Assembly: GCA_017467895.1 (NCBI GenBank)
Contig: JAFUKB010000014.1
Span: 7,870 to 71,869 of the forward strand
Direction: 5' to 3'
Source: Clostridia bacterium
Lineage (GTDB): Bacteria; Bacillota; Clostridia; Christensenellales; UBA1242
DNA: 64,000 nucleotides
Made by a program: the position numbers and the translations under genes. Positions 36,083-47,382 of this stretch are shown here, piece by piece; position 1 is the first letter of the stretch, and each line of letters starts with the position of its first letter. The notes under the pieces were generated by a model, which made no database searches, was not told the origin of the DNA, and was given only the letters and a program-made list of their open reading frames with translations.

Positions 36083-36312
36083 AGCACAAGGAATATTAGT
36101 AGCATAGTGAAATTTTGTTTCTATTCTTTCTAATTTAATAGATTTTTTGCAGGCAAGTTTGGCTTAGAATTTTTACGGCCTTTTTTGCTTGCTATTTTCA
36201 TGTCTTGTGCAAAATCCCTTTGTTTATAAGCGGATTTTGGCAAACAGGGCATTAATGCTACCGTATTTTTAAACAATTTAATCTAACGCAAAAATTTAAG
36301 GAGAACATAAAT

Positions 36313-39300
36313 ATGCAAGAAAAAATGCCTACATTAAAAAAAGTTATGTATGGAACAACTGAAAGATATTCATTCTCTAAACTCAATTTTAATGGCGAAC
36401 TTCCAGATTTGTTAGAAATTCAAAAAGACGCATATAAGGAGTTTTTAGAGCATGGAATTTTAGATATTTTAACCGAACTTTCGCCAATAACTGACTACAG
36501 CGGTAAGGCAAAACTTTATTTTACTGGCATTAACCTTGGCAAAGAGCCAAAATATTCTATTAAAGACTGCAAAATTCGCAAAGCGGCCTACAGCGTGCCT
36601 TTAAAAGTTAATGCACGCCTAATGGTAGAAGACAGTGGCGAAGTTATTGACCAAGAAGTATACTTGTGTGATATCCCTCTTATGACAGAGCAGGGTTCTT
36701 TTGTGTTTAATGGAACTGAGAGGGTTATTGTTAGCCAAGTTACTCGTTCTCCTAGCGTATATTACACAAGAAATAAAGACGACAACACAACACTTCGTGC
36801 ACAACTTTATCCTGACCATGGTATGTGGGTAGAAATTGAACAAGGTGCAAACGAAGTTTTAAAAATCGTTCTTGACCGCTCACATAAAATCACCCTTGGC
36901 TTGTTCTTAAAATGCTTTGGTTATACAAATGATGACATAATGGCACTTTTTGGCAACCATCGTTTAATTAAAAATGTTCTTGAAAAAGAACCTCAAACAA
37001 CTCAAGAAGAGGCTTTGATTGAACTTGCTCGCAAAACTCGTCCTGCCGATGTTCCATCGGCAGAAAGCACTCGTAACTATATTAACCTTTTGTTCTTTAG
37101 CGATGCTTATTACAACATTAACCGTGTTGGTCGCTATAAAATGAACGAAAAACTCTCACTTGGCAATCGTCTTGTTGGCTTAATAAGTGCCGAAAACATT
37201 GCTATTGATGACGAAGTTGTTATTAAAGCAGGCGAGGAGTTTAGTGCAGAAGTTGCTCGCAGAATTCAAGACGCTGGCATTAACGAGGTTTATGTTCTTG
37301 TTAATGGCAACAAACACTTAATGAGAGGTAACAACCGTGTTAAACTTTCAAAAGTGTTCCCATGTGATGAAAAAGAACTTGGTGTTTTAGAAGATGTTTA
37401 TTATCCAGTTCTTATGCAAATGCTTAAAGAAAACAAAACAAAAGAAAAGCGCATAGAGTGCATTCGTAACCACACAAAAGAGTTAATGATTACAACTCTT
37501 ACAATGGACGATATTTTGGCAACAATTTCTTATTATTTGGATTTAATTGAAGGCATTGGCAAAATTGATAACATTGACCACCTTTCTAACAAACGCGTTG
37601 TTTCAGTTGGAGAACTTTTGGGCAATGCATTCCGTTCAGGTGTTAAAAAACTTGGCGCAAACATTAAAGAAACATTGCAAGGCAAAGAATTAACCGATGT
37701 AACTCCTGCTCAAATAATTAATCCACGCCCAGTAAACAAGAGTTTGAAAGACTTTATTGCTCAATCACAACTCTCTCAATTTATGGATCAAATTAACCCA
37801 CTTTCTGGTTTAACTCAAAAGCGTAGATTGTCGGCTGTTGGCCCTGGCGGTGTTAAAAAAGAAAGAGCAAGTGCTGAACTTCGTGATATTCACTACACGC
37901 ACTATGGCAGAATTTGTGCTATTGAAACACCAGAAGGTCAATCAATCGGTCTTATTTCAACTCTTGCATCATTTGCAAAAGTTAATGAATATGGTTTCCT
38001 TGAAACTCCATATCGCAAAGTAAATAAAGAAACAGGCGTTGTAGCAAACACTGCTGAATATCATATGGCAGACATTGAAGACACTGCATACATTTGCCAA
38101 GCAACCGAACCACTTGATGAAGAAGGTAAATTTGTAAATAAACGCATTATTTGCCGTCATAAAGAAGCAATTTTAGAAGTTCCTGCACACAAAGTAGATT
38201 ATATGGATGTTTCTTCCCGTCAATTTATTTCTGCTGCAGCATCATTAATTCCATTTATTGAAAACGATGACGCGGCTCGTGCACTTATGGGTTCAAACAT
38301 GCAACGTCAGGCCGTGCCTGTTCTTCGTCCAGAAGCCCCAATAGTAGGCACTGGCATGGAACGCCCAATCGCAAAAGATTGTGGTGCAATGATTTCCGCT
38401 CCAGAAAACGGAACTGTAACTTATGTTTCATCTAACCATGTAGATTTTGTTTCTGATTCAGGCAAAGAATATTCATTCCCACTTATTAAATTTGATAAAA
38501 CAAATGCTTACACTTGTCAAAACCAAAAACCAGCAGTTAAAACAGGTCAAAAAGTTAAAAAAGGCGATGTTTTAGTTGATGGATATTCAACAAAAAACGG
38601 CGAACTTGCTCTTGGTAAAAATGTCCTAGTTGGCTATATGAACTGGGAAGGTTATAACTACGAAGACGCTATCTTAATTTCTGAACGCATTGTTAAAGAC
38701 GATGTTTATACATCAATTAACCTAAAAGATGTTGAAATGCCTTGCAGAACAACAAAACTTGGCGATGAAGAGATAACTCGTGATATTCCAAACCTTGGCG
38801 AAGACGCTCTTAAAAACTTAGATGAAAACGGTATTGTTAGAATAGGCTCTGAAGTTAGCCCTGGCGACATTTTGGTTGGTAAAGTTACACCAAAAGGCGA
38901 AACCGAACTTACTCCAGAAGAACGCTTGCTTAGAGCAATCTTTGGTGATAAGGCCCGTGAAGTTCGCGATACATCACTCCGTGTTAAACATGGTTGTGGT
39001 GGTACCGTTGTTGATGTTCAAGTCCTTTCTAAAAAGAACCATGATGACCTTGACCCGGGCGTTACAATGCTTGTAAAAGTTTATATTGCTCAACGCCGTA
39101 AACTCTCGGTTGGTGATAAAATGTCTGGTCGCCACGGTAACAAAGGTGTCGTTTCGCGCGTTCTTCCAGAAGCAGATATGCCATTCCTCGCAGATGGTCG
39201 CCCATTAGATTTAGTTCTTAACCCTCTTGGTATTCCATCTCGTATGAATATTGGTCAGGTGCTTGAAGTGCATTTGGGCTTGGTTGCAGAAAGCCTTGGC

Positions 39301-40017
39301 TGGAAAATTGCAACTCCAGCATTTGACGGTGCAAAACCAGAAACAGTTCAACAACTTCTTGTTGCAAACGGATTCCCAGAAGATGGCAAAATTCAATTAT
39401 ATGATGGCAGAACTGGTGAGCCTTTTGCTCATAAGGCAACTGTTGGTTATAAATATATGTTAAAACTTGACCACATGGTTGACTCTAAAATGCATGCTCG
39501 TTCAACAGGTCCTTATAGCCTTGTTACTCAACAACCTCTTGGCGGTAAGGCAATGTTTGGTGGTCAGCGTTTTGGTGAGATGGAAGTTTGGGCACTTGAA
39601 GCATACGGTGCATCTTCATTACTACAAGAAATGCTTACTGTTAAATCAGACGATATTATTGGTAGAACCAAAACATATGAGGCTATTGTTAAAGGCGAAC
39701 CTATTGCAGAGCCTGGCATACCTGAGTCATTTAAAGTTCTTATTAAAGAACTTCAGTCTTTGGGTTTAGATGTTAAAATTTTAACCGAAGATAATCAAGA
39801 AGTTTCTATTGCAGAACTTTCATCTGATGAACTTGATAATACACCTTCACTTGGTGCAGAAGTAGAACAAGAACTTAAAGATGTTTCAATTAATTTTGAA
39901 GATATCTTGCCATCTGCTAATGATGAAACCGATACAGGTGTTACAGCAGAGGATATTTCCGCAAGCGAATTCGATTCAAGCGGTTTGTTTGACGATTTCG
40001 ATGACTTAGACGAATAA
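36313..40017 (+). CDS. rpoB: DNA-directed RNA polymerase subunit beta
   Basis: 1234 aa. It includes the rifampicin-region sequence SQLSQFMDQINPLSGLTQKRRLSA and the catalytic-region sequences GDKMSGRHGNKGVVS and NPLGIPSRMNIGQ. Confidence 0.98.
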   Translation: MQEKMPTLKKVMYGTTERYSFSKLNFNGELPDLLEIQKDAYKEFLEHGILDILTELSPITDYSGKAKLYFTGINLGKEPKYSIKDCKIRKAAYSVPLKVNARLMVEDSGEVIDQEVYLCDIPLMTEQGSFVFNGTERVIVSQVTRSPSVYYTRNKDDNTTLRAQLYPDHGMWVEIEQGANEVLKIVLDRSHKITLGLFLKCFGYTNDDIMALFGNHRLIKNVLEKEPQTTQEEALIELARKTRPADVPSAESTRNYINLLFFSDAYYNINRVGRYKMNEKLSLGNRLVGLISAENIAIDDEVVIKAGEEFSAEVARRIQDAGINEVYVLVNGNKHLMRGNNRVKLSKVFPCDEKELGVLEDVYYPVLMQMLKENKTKEKRIECIRNHTKELMITTLTMDDILATISYYLDLIEGIGKIDNIDHLSNKRVVSVGELLGNAFRSGVKKLGANIKETLQGKELTDVTPAQIINPRPVNKSLKDFIAQSQLSQFMDQINPLSGLTQKRRLSAVGPGGVKKERASAELRDIHYTHYGRICAIETPEGQSIGLISTLASFAKVNEYGFLETPYRKVNKETGVVANTAEYHMADIEDTAYICQATEPLDEEGKFVNKRIICRHKEAILEVPAHKVDYMDVSSRQFISAAASLIPFIENDDAARALMGSNMQRQAVPVLRPEAPIVGTGMERPIAKDCGAMISAPENGTVTYVSSNHVDFVSDSGKEYSFPLIKFDKTNAYTCQNQKPAVKTGQKVKKGDVLVDGYSTKNGELALGKNVLVGYMNWEGYNYEDAILISERIVKDDVYTSINLKDVEMPCRTTKLGDEEITRDIPNLGEDALKNLDENGIVRIGSEVSPGDILVGKVTPKGETELTPEERLLRAIFGDKAREVRDTSLRVKHGCGGTVVDVQVLSKKNHDDLDPGVTMLVKVYIAQRRKLSVGDKMSGRHGNKGVVSRVLPEADMPFLADGRPLDLVLNPLGIPSRMNIGQVLEVHLGLVAESLGWKIATPAFDGAKPETVQQLLVANGFPEDGKIQLYDGRTGEPFAHKATVGYKYMLKLDHMVDSKMHARSTGPYSLVTQQPLGGKAMFGGQRFGEMEVWALEAYGASSLLQEMLTVKSDDIIGRTKTYEAIVKGEPIAEPGIPESFKVLIKELQSLGLDVKILTEDNQEVSIAELSSDELDNTPSLGAEVEQELKDVSINFEDILPSANDETDTGVTAEDISASEFDSSGLFDDFDDLDE

Positions 40018-40050
40018 AAAACTTTATAGAAATAAAATAAGGAGAAAATT

Positions 40051-43000
40051 ATGTTTGAATTAAACAATTTTGATTCAATAAAAATTGGAATAGCCTCGCC
40101 TGAAAAAATCAGAGAGTGGTCTTTTGGTGAAGTAACAAAACCTGAAACCATTAACTATAGAACACAAAAACCAGAAAAAGATGGTTTGTTTTGTGAAAAA
40201 ATATTTGGACCAAAAAAAGACTGGGAATGTCACTGCGGTAAATATAAACGCATTCGCTATAAAGGCGTTGTGTGCGATAAGTGTGGAGTAGAAGTTACTC
40301 GTGCTAAAGTTCGCCGTGAAAGAATGGGACATATTGACCTTGCTTGCCCAGTAACACATATTTGGTTCTTTAGGTCGGTTCCATCGCGTATTGGCACACT
40401 TTTGGATATTACTCCAAAAGCATTGGAACAAGTAGTTTATTATGTCAACTTTATTGTTATTGACCCTAAAAACACTGAGTTTACTTATAAACAAATCATT
40501 TCTGATAAAGAATACCGCGAAGCAATCGAAAAATATGGCTATGGCAGTTTTGTTGCTGGCATGGGCGCAGAAGCAATAAAAACATTGCTTTCTCAAGTAG
40601 ACTTGCCTCGTGAAAGCGAAGAACTTAAAGAAACATTAAAAACAGCAAAAGGTCAAAAACGCGCAAAAGCAATCAAAAAACTTGCCATTGTAGAAAGTTT
40701 CTTAAAGAGTGAAAACAAGCCAGAATGGATGGTTTTAGATGTTCTTCCTGTTCTTCCACCAGAACTTCGCCCAATGGTGCAATTAGACGGTGGTAGATTT
40801 GCAACATCTGACCTTAACGATTTGTATAGACGCGTTATTAACCGTAATAATCGCCTTAAAAAACTTATGGAACTTGGTGCTCCTGATGTTATTATCCGTA
40901 ACGAAAAGCGTATGCTTCAAGAAGCAGTTGATGCTTTGATTGATAATGGCAAACGCGGAAGAGCAGTTCAAGGCGCAAAACAAAAAGATTTAAAATCATT
41001 AACTGCAATTTTAACAGGTAAACAAGGCCGTTTCCGTCAAAACTTGCTTGGTAAGCGTGTTGACTATTCTAGTCGTTCGGTTATTGCTGTTGGCCCAGAA
41101 CTTAAAATGTACCAATGTGGCTTGCCAAAAGAAATGGCACTTGAATTGTTTAAGCCATTTGTTATTAAAAAACTCGTAGAAATGAACGAGTGCAATAACT
41201 TTAAAACTGCAAAACGCTTAATTGAAAAAGAAAAAACTGTTGTATGGGATGTTTTAGCCGATGTTATTAAAGACCACCCAGTTCTTTTAAACCGTGCTCC
41301 AACTCTTCATAGACTTTCTATTCAAGCATTTGAACCAGTGCTAGTTGAAGGTAGAGCAATAAAACTTCACCCTTCAGTTTGTACAGGCTTTAACGCCGAC
41401 TTCGACGGTGACCAAATGCCAGTCCATGTTCCTCTTTCAATAGATGCTCGTACAGAAGCCCGTAACTTAATGCTTGCTTCAAATAACATTATCAAACTTT
41501 CTGATGGTCAACCAATAGTTAACCCGGGTCTTGATATTGTTCTTGGTTGCTATTACTTAACTTTAATTAAACCAGGCTCAAAAGGCGAGGGAATGAGTTT
41601 TGCAAGCGAAGAAGAAGCGTTAATTGCATATCAAACAGGCGTTGTTGATATTAACGCAAAAATCACACTTCGTAGAACTGTAACAGTAGAGGGCAAAAAA
41701 TATACAGCAAGATTCGAAACCAGTGTTGGTAGAGTAATCTTTAATAAAGCAATTCCTCAAAACTTGGGTTATGTTGATAGAACTAAACCAGAAAACATGG
41801 CATTGTTTGAAATTAATAACCCAGTTATTAAAAAAGACCTTAAAAACCTTGTTGTAAAATGTTTTGATGTGCTAGGCACAACCGAATGTTCTGAAATGGT
41901 TGATAGAATTAAAAATATGGGTTATAAATATGCAACTCTTTCAAGTTTGACAATTAATGTTTTCGACATGCAAGAGCCACCAAAAAAAGAAGAAATCGTT
42001 GCCGAAGCACAAAAGAAAGTGCTTGATAACGAAAAACTTCTTGCTCGTGGACTTATTACATTAGACGAAAAACTAACCGCAAACATTTCAACTTGGACAG
42101 AAACAACAAACAAAGTTCAAGACGCAGTTTTAGAGCACTTGGACGACTTTAACCCAATTAAAATGTTCGTTTATTCTGGTGCCCGTGGTTCAAATGTGCA
42201 GTTGAACTCAATTTGCGGTATGCGTGGTATTATGGCTAACTCATCTGGTCAAAAAGTTGACGTGCCAGTTAAATCATCATTCCGTGGCGGTCTTAGCCCA
42301 CTTGAATACTTTATTTCTGCTCGTGGTGGTCGTAAAACCCTTACCGATACAGCGCTTAAAACAGCCGACTCAGGTTATTTAACTCGTAGGCTTGTAGATG
42401 TATCCCATGATGCAGTTATAACAGAGGAAGACTGCTTTAAAAGCCTTGGACAAAAGGTTAAAGGTGCGTTTGTATCTGACCTTGTTCAAGACGGTGCAGT
42501 TTTGGAATCATTAGAAGATAGAATTGAAGGTCGTTTTGTTGTAGACGATGTTGTTGACCCTAAAACAGGCGAAGTAATCGTTCCTGCAAACACAATGGTG
42601 TCTAAAAAACAAGCAAAACAAGTTGCGCTTGCTGGCATTAAACGCGTTCAAATAAGAAATCTTCTTAACTGTAAATGTAAACATGGCGTTTGCGCAAAAT
42701 GCTATGGTAAAAATATGTCTGGTAAGGAAGTTGTTAATATTGGTGAAGCAGTTGGTGTTATTGCAGCACAAAGTATTGGTGAACCTGGTACACAGTTAAC
42801 CATGCGTACATTCCATACTGGTGGCGTTGCTGTTGCTGCCGATATAACCAAAGGTTTGCCTCGTGTTGAAGAACTTTTTGAAGCACGCAAACCAAAAGGT
42901 GAAGCACTTATATCTGAAATCGCAGGTAAGGTAAGCGTTCAAGAAGAACCTCGTCAATATGTAATAACTGTTAAATCAACCGACGACGAAGCAGTTTATG

Positions 43001-43617
43001 AAGTTAAAAAACCAGTCTTCTTAAAAGTTAAAGATGGAGAAGTGGTTGAACCGGGTGCTCAATTAACCGAGGGTTCAATTAACCCTAATGACCTTCTTAG
43101 AATTAAGGGCTTAAAGGGCTTGCAAGATTACTTGCTCTCTGAAGTTATCATGATTTATAAAGGTCAAGATGTTACTATTAACGATAAGCATATTGAAGTT
43201 ATTATTCGTCAAATGCTTAAAAAAGTTACCATTGAAAACAGTGGAGATACAAACCTTCTTCCTGGCGACAAAGTTGATGTGTTCGATTACGAAGCAGAAA
43301 ATGATAGAGTTCTTGCCGAAGGTGGCGTTCCTGCAACTGCAAAACGCGCACTTCTTGGTATAACCAAGGCAGCACTTTCAACCGAAAGTTTCCTTTCATC
43401 TGCATCGTTCCAAGAAACTTCAAGAGTTCTTACTGACGCTGCTCTTCGTGGAAAAGTTGACTATCTTCGTGGCTTAAAAGAAAATGTTATCATTGGTAAA
43501 CTTATTCCAGCAGGAACCGGCTTAAAACAATACCGTGATGTTTACCCAGTTGAATCAAACCCACAATCTTATGTTCAAAACGCTGATTTTGGCGCTAGTT
43601 CAATAGTAAATGAATAA
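40051..43617 (+). CDS. rpoC: DNA-directed RNA polymerase subunit beta'
   Basis: 1188 aa. It has the zinc-binding CHCGKY...CDKCGVEV, the catalytic NADFDGDQM, and the trigger loop/bridge helix regions. Confidence 0.98.
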   Translation: MFELNNFDSIKIGIASPEKIREWSFGEVTKPETINYRTQKPEKDGLFCEKIFGPKKDWECHCGKYKRIRYKGVVCDKCGVEVTRAKVRRERMGHIDLACPVTHIWFFRSVPSRIGTLLDITPKALEQVVYYVNFIVIDPKNTEFTYKQIISDKEYREAIEKYGYGSFVAGMGAEAIKTLLSQVDLPRESEELKETLKTAKGQKRAKAIKKLAIVESFLKSENKPEWMVLDVLPVLPPELRPMVQLDGGRFATSDLNDLYRRVINRNNRLKKLMELGAPDVIIRNEKRMLQEAVDALIDNGKRGRAVQGAKQKDLKSLTAILTGKQGRFRQNLLGKRVDYSSRSVIAVGPELKMYQCGLPKEMALELFKPFVIKKLVEMNECNNFKTAKRLIEKEKTVVWDVLADVIKDHPVLLNRAPTLHRLSIQAFEPVLVEGRAIKLHPSVCTGFNADFDGDQMPVHVPLSIDARTEARNLMLASNNIIKLSDGQPIVNPGLDIVLGCYYLTLIKPGSKGEGMSFASEEEALIAYQTGVVDINAKITLRRTVTVEGKKYTARFETSVGRVIFNKAIPQNLGYVDRTKPENMALFEINNPVIKKDLKNLVVKCFDVLGTTECSEMVDRIKNMGYKYATLSSLTINVFDMQEPPKKEEIVAEAQKKVLDNEKLLARGLITLDEKLTANISTWTETTNKVQDAVLEHLDDFNPIKMFVYSGARGSNVQLNSICGMRGIMANSSGQKVDVPVKSSFRGGLSPLEYFISARGGRKTLTDTALKTADSGYLTRRLVDVSHDAVITEEDCFKSLGQKVKGAFVSDLVQDGAVLESLEDRIEGRFVVDDVVDPKTGEVIVPANTMVSKKQAKQVALAGIKRVQIRNLLNCKCKHGVCAKCYGKNMSGKEVVNIGEAVGVIAAQSIGEPGTQLTMRTFHTGGVAVAADITKGLPRVEELFEARKPKGEALISEIAGKVSVQEEPRQYVITVKSTDDEAVYEVKKPVFLKVKDGEVVEPGAQLTEGSINPNDLLRIKGLKGLQDYLLSEVIMIYKGQDVTINDKHIEVIIRQMLKKVTIENSGDTNLLPGDKVDVFDYEAENDRVLAEGGVPATAKRALLGITKAALSTESFLSSASFQETSRVLTDAALRGKVDYLRGLKENVIIGKLIPAGTGLKQYRDVYPVESNPQSYVQNADFGASSIVNE

Positions 43618-43663
43618 TGTTAAATAATTAAATTGCAATGAATAGTAGGTAATACTCTTATAT

Positions 43664-43700
43664 GAAAAATCAAACCAATGCACTTGGTTTGATTTTTTTT
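43664..43700. terminator. rho-independent terminator after rpoC (bidirectional shape)
   Basis: An 11-bp stem (aatcaaaccaa / ttggtttgatt) with a T-run downstream and an A-run upstream. Confidence 0.85.
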
Positions 43701-43705
43701 AATTT

Positions 43706-43743
43706 AAAAATGCAAGAACTACACGAATGTCATGGGTGTTTTC
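43706..43743 (-). repeat. single inverted copy of the 41-bp terminator-associated repeat
   Basis: aaaaatgcaagaactacacgaatgtcatgggtgttttc matches the reverse complement of the 13880 unit (aagtatgcaagaacaacacgaatgcaatgagtgttttc) at 32 of 38 positions by hand alignment. Confidence 0.75.
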
Positions 43744-43944
43744 ATATTTAACAAAAACACAACAAAAGAATATAGAGGGCGTAATGTAAATACCAAAAAA
43801 GTGATAAGATTATAAATATTTTCGGTGTTGAAGCATAAATATTATTGAGTTGTTATAGCCCAATTTTCATTTTTCCGCAAAATTGCTTATTGACAGTGGC
43901 AAGTTGTTATTGTATAATTGCTTTAGTTTAATATTGAGGTGAGT

Positions 43945-46779
43945 ATGAAAAAGTTTTTAATGTATGTAATCATTGTAATTACCTGTTTGTTCTTGGGTTT
44001 TACAGTGTATTATTTAACAAAAAATAATGAAACTATTTATTTAACCCTTAACAAAGACGAAGCAATCTATAAAAATGTTGGCGAGTCACTTTGGTTAGAT
44101 AATTTAATTGAATGGACAAAACCTTATAAAGACACAACTTTAAAAATAACCTCAGGTGATACAAAAGTTGTTTCTTATGATGAAAATACTAAGCGTTTTG
44201 ACTGCATTGGGGGTGGCTTTACAACAATAACCATCGCTCCTTCAAACACAAACTTTGGTCCTTTCATTTTTGAAATATATGTTGGTAATGGTACAACGGA
44301 TAGTCCTTTTGTTATCAGCACGGCAGAAGATTTGGCTTTAATCGGCAATGACCCTGAACTTAAGTTTAATCTTAACAACAGTTACATTTTAACTTGTGAC
44401 CTTGACTTAAAGACATTCAACAGCGGTGTTTGGACTCCTCTTGGCGCATTTACTGGTAACTTTGATGGAAATGGCAACACGCTTTACAACTTAAACTTAA
44501 CTTCAACTAGCAATGCGGGCTTGTTTTCAAGTGTAGAAAACGGAGCAGTTGTAGAAAATGTTAAGTTTGCAAAAGCAACTGTAAACGGTGCATTTGACAA
44601 TGTTGGTTTGGTTGCTGGTGTAAACCGTGGAACAATAGGCAAGTGTGAAGTGTTGTCAGCAACAATAACAAACACTTCAGCAACTGGTAATACAGGCGCC
44701 ATTGCAGGTTCAAACCTTTATGATATTACCACTGCAATGGTTAATATGTGCTCTGCAACTGCAAACTTTGAAATTGCAGGCAATGCTGGTGGTTTGGTTG
44801 GCTTTAATAAATCAAGCATTGTTTTAAACTCTCGCTCTATTGTTAACAGTGTTAATTTAACTGCAACCACAGCAACATTTGGTGGCTTGGTTGGCATAAA
44901 TGAATCTACATATGTTTCGGCTGATACAACTTATTATGCAAGTGCAATTAAAAACTCATATGTTGTTGTTAATACACTATCTGGTCAGTCAGCAACATTT
45001 GGTGCAGTAGTAGGTAACAATAAAGAAGAAACCTACACAGGTCAAATGTTCTATAATACATATGTTGGCACACTTTATTGTTTAAACAGTGGTGTTTCTG
45101 GCAGTGCTGTTGGCGCTGGCTCAAACTTGTTATCTAGCGATGCTTCAAGCAACTTGCAACTAGTATCTCGCGATGCATTAAAAGAGTCCGCAACATATAA
45201 TGGCTATAACTTTGATAATGTTTGGCTCTTAAATACAGCAGATATTGCAAACATAAATTATGCGGGCAGTTATGAAACATATAAAATAATTGCAATCGGT
45301 AAAGAACTCACTCAAAACGAAGTTGGACTTTTGGACTTCTTAACAAGTGTTAAAGCAAGCCCTGCAACAATTTCAACAACATATAGAGTTACTGCAAATT
45401 TAACTGTTGATGTTCATTCAGAAACAGGTTCATACAACTGGACAACTATTGCTCCAAACGAAAGTGCTCCAATGCTTGCTTCAATTATTGTTGATCCGGG
45501 CGTTACATGTGTTATTAAAAACTTTACACTTTCTGGTGCAAACTCAAGTTTCTTTGGTCATATTTCAGGTAATACAGTAGTTTCTGGCATTACTTTTGAA
45601 AATGTAAGCGTGGACTCTTGCACAGCAGAAACATCTGGTATTGTAGCAACAAAATTAATTAACGGTGCAACTCTTGAAAACATAAAAGTTAAGAACTTTG
45701 CTCGAGTAACAACAAATGCTCGTGAAGCAGGCATTATTTGTGGCAGAAACGGCGGTTCAATTATTAATTGTTCTGTTGAAAATTCAGCGCAAGCAACATT
45801 AACTGTTCAAACTTCAGACAATTTGCTTAGCGTTGGTGGAATTGTTGGTTATAACGCCGGCTATATTTCAGGTTGCAGTGTAAATAATGTAAAACTTACT
45901 CTTGATACTACTGTTAATGCAAATGGAAGCGTTAACTTTGGTGGTGTTGCCGGAACAACCGAAAGCAACATTGCAAATAGCAAAGTTCAAACTTTTGTTT
46001 GTGATACAACTGCAACAGGCACAATTTATGCAGGTGGCGTTGTTGGCTATGTTGTAACATCGTCTGCTGTTATTAGCAAATGCTATTCATATATGAATGT
46101 AAAAATTGGCTTAGGCAACACTAGTTCATACCTTGCAGGTATTGCAGGTTACCTGTCAAGTGGTGCAAGCGTTAAAGGCTGTTTCTATAATGTAAACGAA
46201 CTTAACGCATATAATGTGGGTGGTCTTGTTGGCGTTAACTATGGTACAGTATACTCAAGTTATGTTGGAGATTCTGCAAAATTAACAGGTAACTTTGTTG
46301 GTGGATTGGTTAACCTCTCTCATGGAACAACTACTGATTGCTATACTTTGGCAAAATTAACTGGTGTTGGCAATGATAGCGTTCTTTGTGGTTTTACTTA
46401 CATAATGTATGCCGAAAACTATATTGAACACTGCTTTAGCAATGTAACATTCTCTGGTAGTGGAAAATATTACGCAGAAACCAAAACAGAGTTTAGAACA
46501 AACGCTTTGGCACAATTTATTAACGGAATTGCAAATAACAAAGTTGAGGCTGGTACAACAAAAAATAATATTGTAATTGCAAATAATGGCGCTCATATTC
46601 AACAGTCTTCAGCACTTTTAAATCAACATGCTGGCTGGATCGATGCCTCATATGAACAATGCACAGGCGAATCTGGAAATTATTCAGTATTTAAAGATAC
46701 AGCAGGATTTGATGTTAACATTTGGAACTTTGATAATGTTGGCTCATTCCCAACATTAAAAGATGTTGCAACTGCTTAG
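43945..46779 (+). CDS. large membrane-anchored surface protein with GLUG-motif repeats
   Basis: N-terminal TM anchor and SD gaggtg. GLUG-type units recur throughout: AGGLVGFN, FGGLVGIN, VGGIVGYNAG, YAGGVVGYV, VGGLVGVNYG and FVGGLVN. Confidence 0.8.
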   Translation: MKKFLMYVIIVITCLFLGFTVYYLTKNNETIYLTLNKDEAIYKNVGESLWLDNLIEWTKPYKDTTLKITSGDTKVVSYDENTKRFDCIGGGFTTITIAPSNTNFGPFIFEIYVGNGTTDSPFVISTAEDLALIGNDPELKFNLNNSYILTCDLDLKTFNSGVWTPLGAFTGNFDGNGNTLYNLNLTSTSNAGLFSSVENGAVVENVKFAKATVNGAFDNVGLVAGVNRGTIGKCEVLSATITNTSATGNTGAIAGSNLYDITTAMVNMCSATANFEIAGNAGGLVGFNKSSIVLNSRSIVNSVNLTATTATFGGLVGINESTYVSADTTYYASAIKNSYVVVNTLSGQSATFGAVVGNNKEETYTGQMFYNTYVGTLYCLNSGVSGSAVGAGSNLLSSDASSNLQLVSRDALKESATYNGYNFDNVWLLNTADIANINYAGSYETYKIIAIGKELTQNEVGLLDFLTSVKASPATISTTYRVTANLTVDVHSETGSYNWTTIAPNESAPMLASIIVDPGVTCVIKNFTLSGANSSFFGHISGNTVVSGITFENVSVDSCTAETSGIVATKLINGATLENIKVKNFARVTTNAREAGIICGRNGGSIINCSVENSAQATLTVQTSDNLLSVGGIVGYNAGYISGCSVNNVKLTLDTTVNANGSVNFGGVAGTTESNIANSKVQTFVCDTTATGTIYAGGVVGYVVTSSAVISKCYSYMNVKIGLGNTSSYLAGIAGYLSSGASVKGCFYNVNELNAYNVGGLVGVNYGTVYSSYVGDSAKLTGNFVGGLVNLSHGTTTDCYTLAKLTGVGNDSVLCGFTYIMYAENYIEHCFSNVTFSGSGKYYAETKTEFRTNALAQFINGIANNKVEAGTTKNNIVIANNGAHIQQSSALLNQHAGWIDASYEQCTGESGNYSVFKDTAGFDVNIWNFDNVGSFPTLKDVATA

Positions 46780-46815
46780 TGAAAAATTATAGGACAATTT
46801 TCTAAATGATAAAAT

Positions 46816-46859
46816 AAGGCAAAATTTCGAAAAGATACGAGATTTTGCCTTGTTTTTTT
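46816..46859 (+). terminator. rho-independent terminator after the GLUG protein gene
   Basis: Stem aaggcaaaat / attttgcctt followed by a T7 run. Confidence 0.75.
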
Positions 46860-47073
46860 AATTGTTTGCATAAATACAATTTAATAACAAAATTTATTTT
46901 ATTATTGTCTTAATATCTTTGCTAAAAAATAGAACAAATGTTTGCATTTTGTTGCCATGTATGATATATTAGAAACTACAAAGAATATATAATGCATCTA
47001 TGCATAAATGTAAAAACTGTATAAAATGTGTCGGGCTTAATAACAAGGCTAAAAATGTGCGGGAGGTATAATA

Positions 47074-47382
47074 ATGAAAGATTATTTAATATTTGCAATT
47101 TTTATGTATTTAATAAAAAACAAAAAAACAACCGCACAAAGCGTTGCGCGGGAGTTTGAAATAAGTACAAGAAGTGTTTATAGATATATTGATTCACTAA
47201 GCCTGCTTGGTGTTCCCATAGTTACAAAAATTGGTAAAGGCGGTGGAATTGAAGTTGTTGGAGACTTTTATTTAGAAAACTTGGCACTGCCAAAATCAGA
47301 TAAACAAATTTTGTTTGAGTTTGCTCAAAGGTCAGATATACCTAATAATGTAAAAACAATATTGCAAAAACTTATATTTTAA
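47074..47382 (+). CDS. small HTH (HTH_11 / YafY-N-like) DNA-binding protein
   Basis: TTAQSVAREFEISTRSVYRYIDSLSLLGVPIVTKIGKGGGIEV resembles the winged-HTH found in the DeoR/YafY/BirA N-terminal family. SD ggagg lies upstream. Confidence 0.6.
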   Translation: MKDYLIFAIFMYLIKNKKTTAQSVAREFEISTRSVYRYIDSLSLLGVPIVTKIGKGGGIEVVGDFYLENLALPKSDKQILFEFAQRSDIPNNVKTILQKLIF

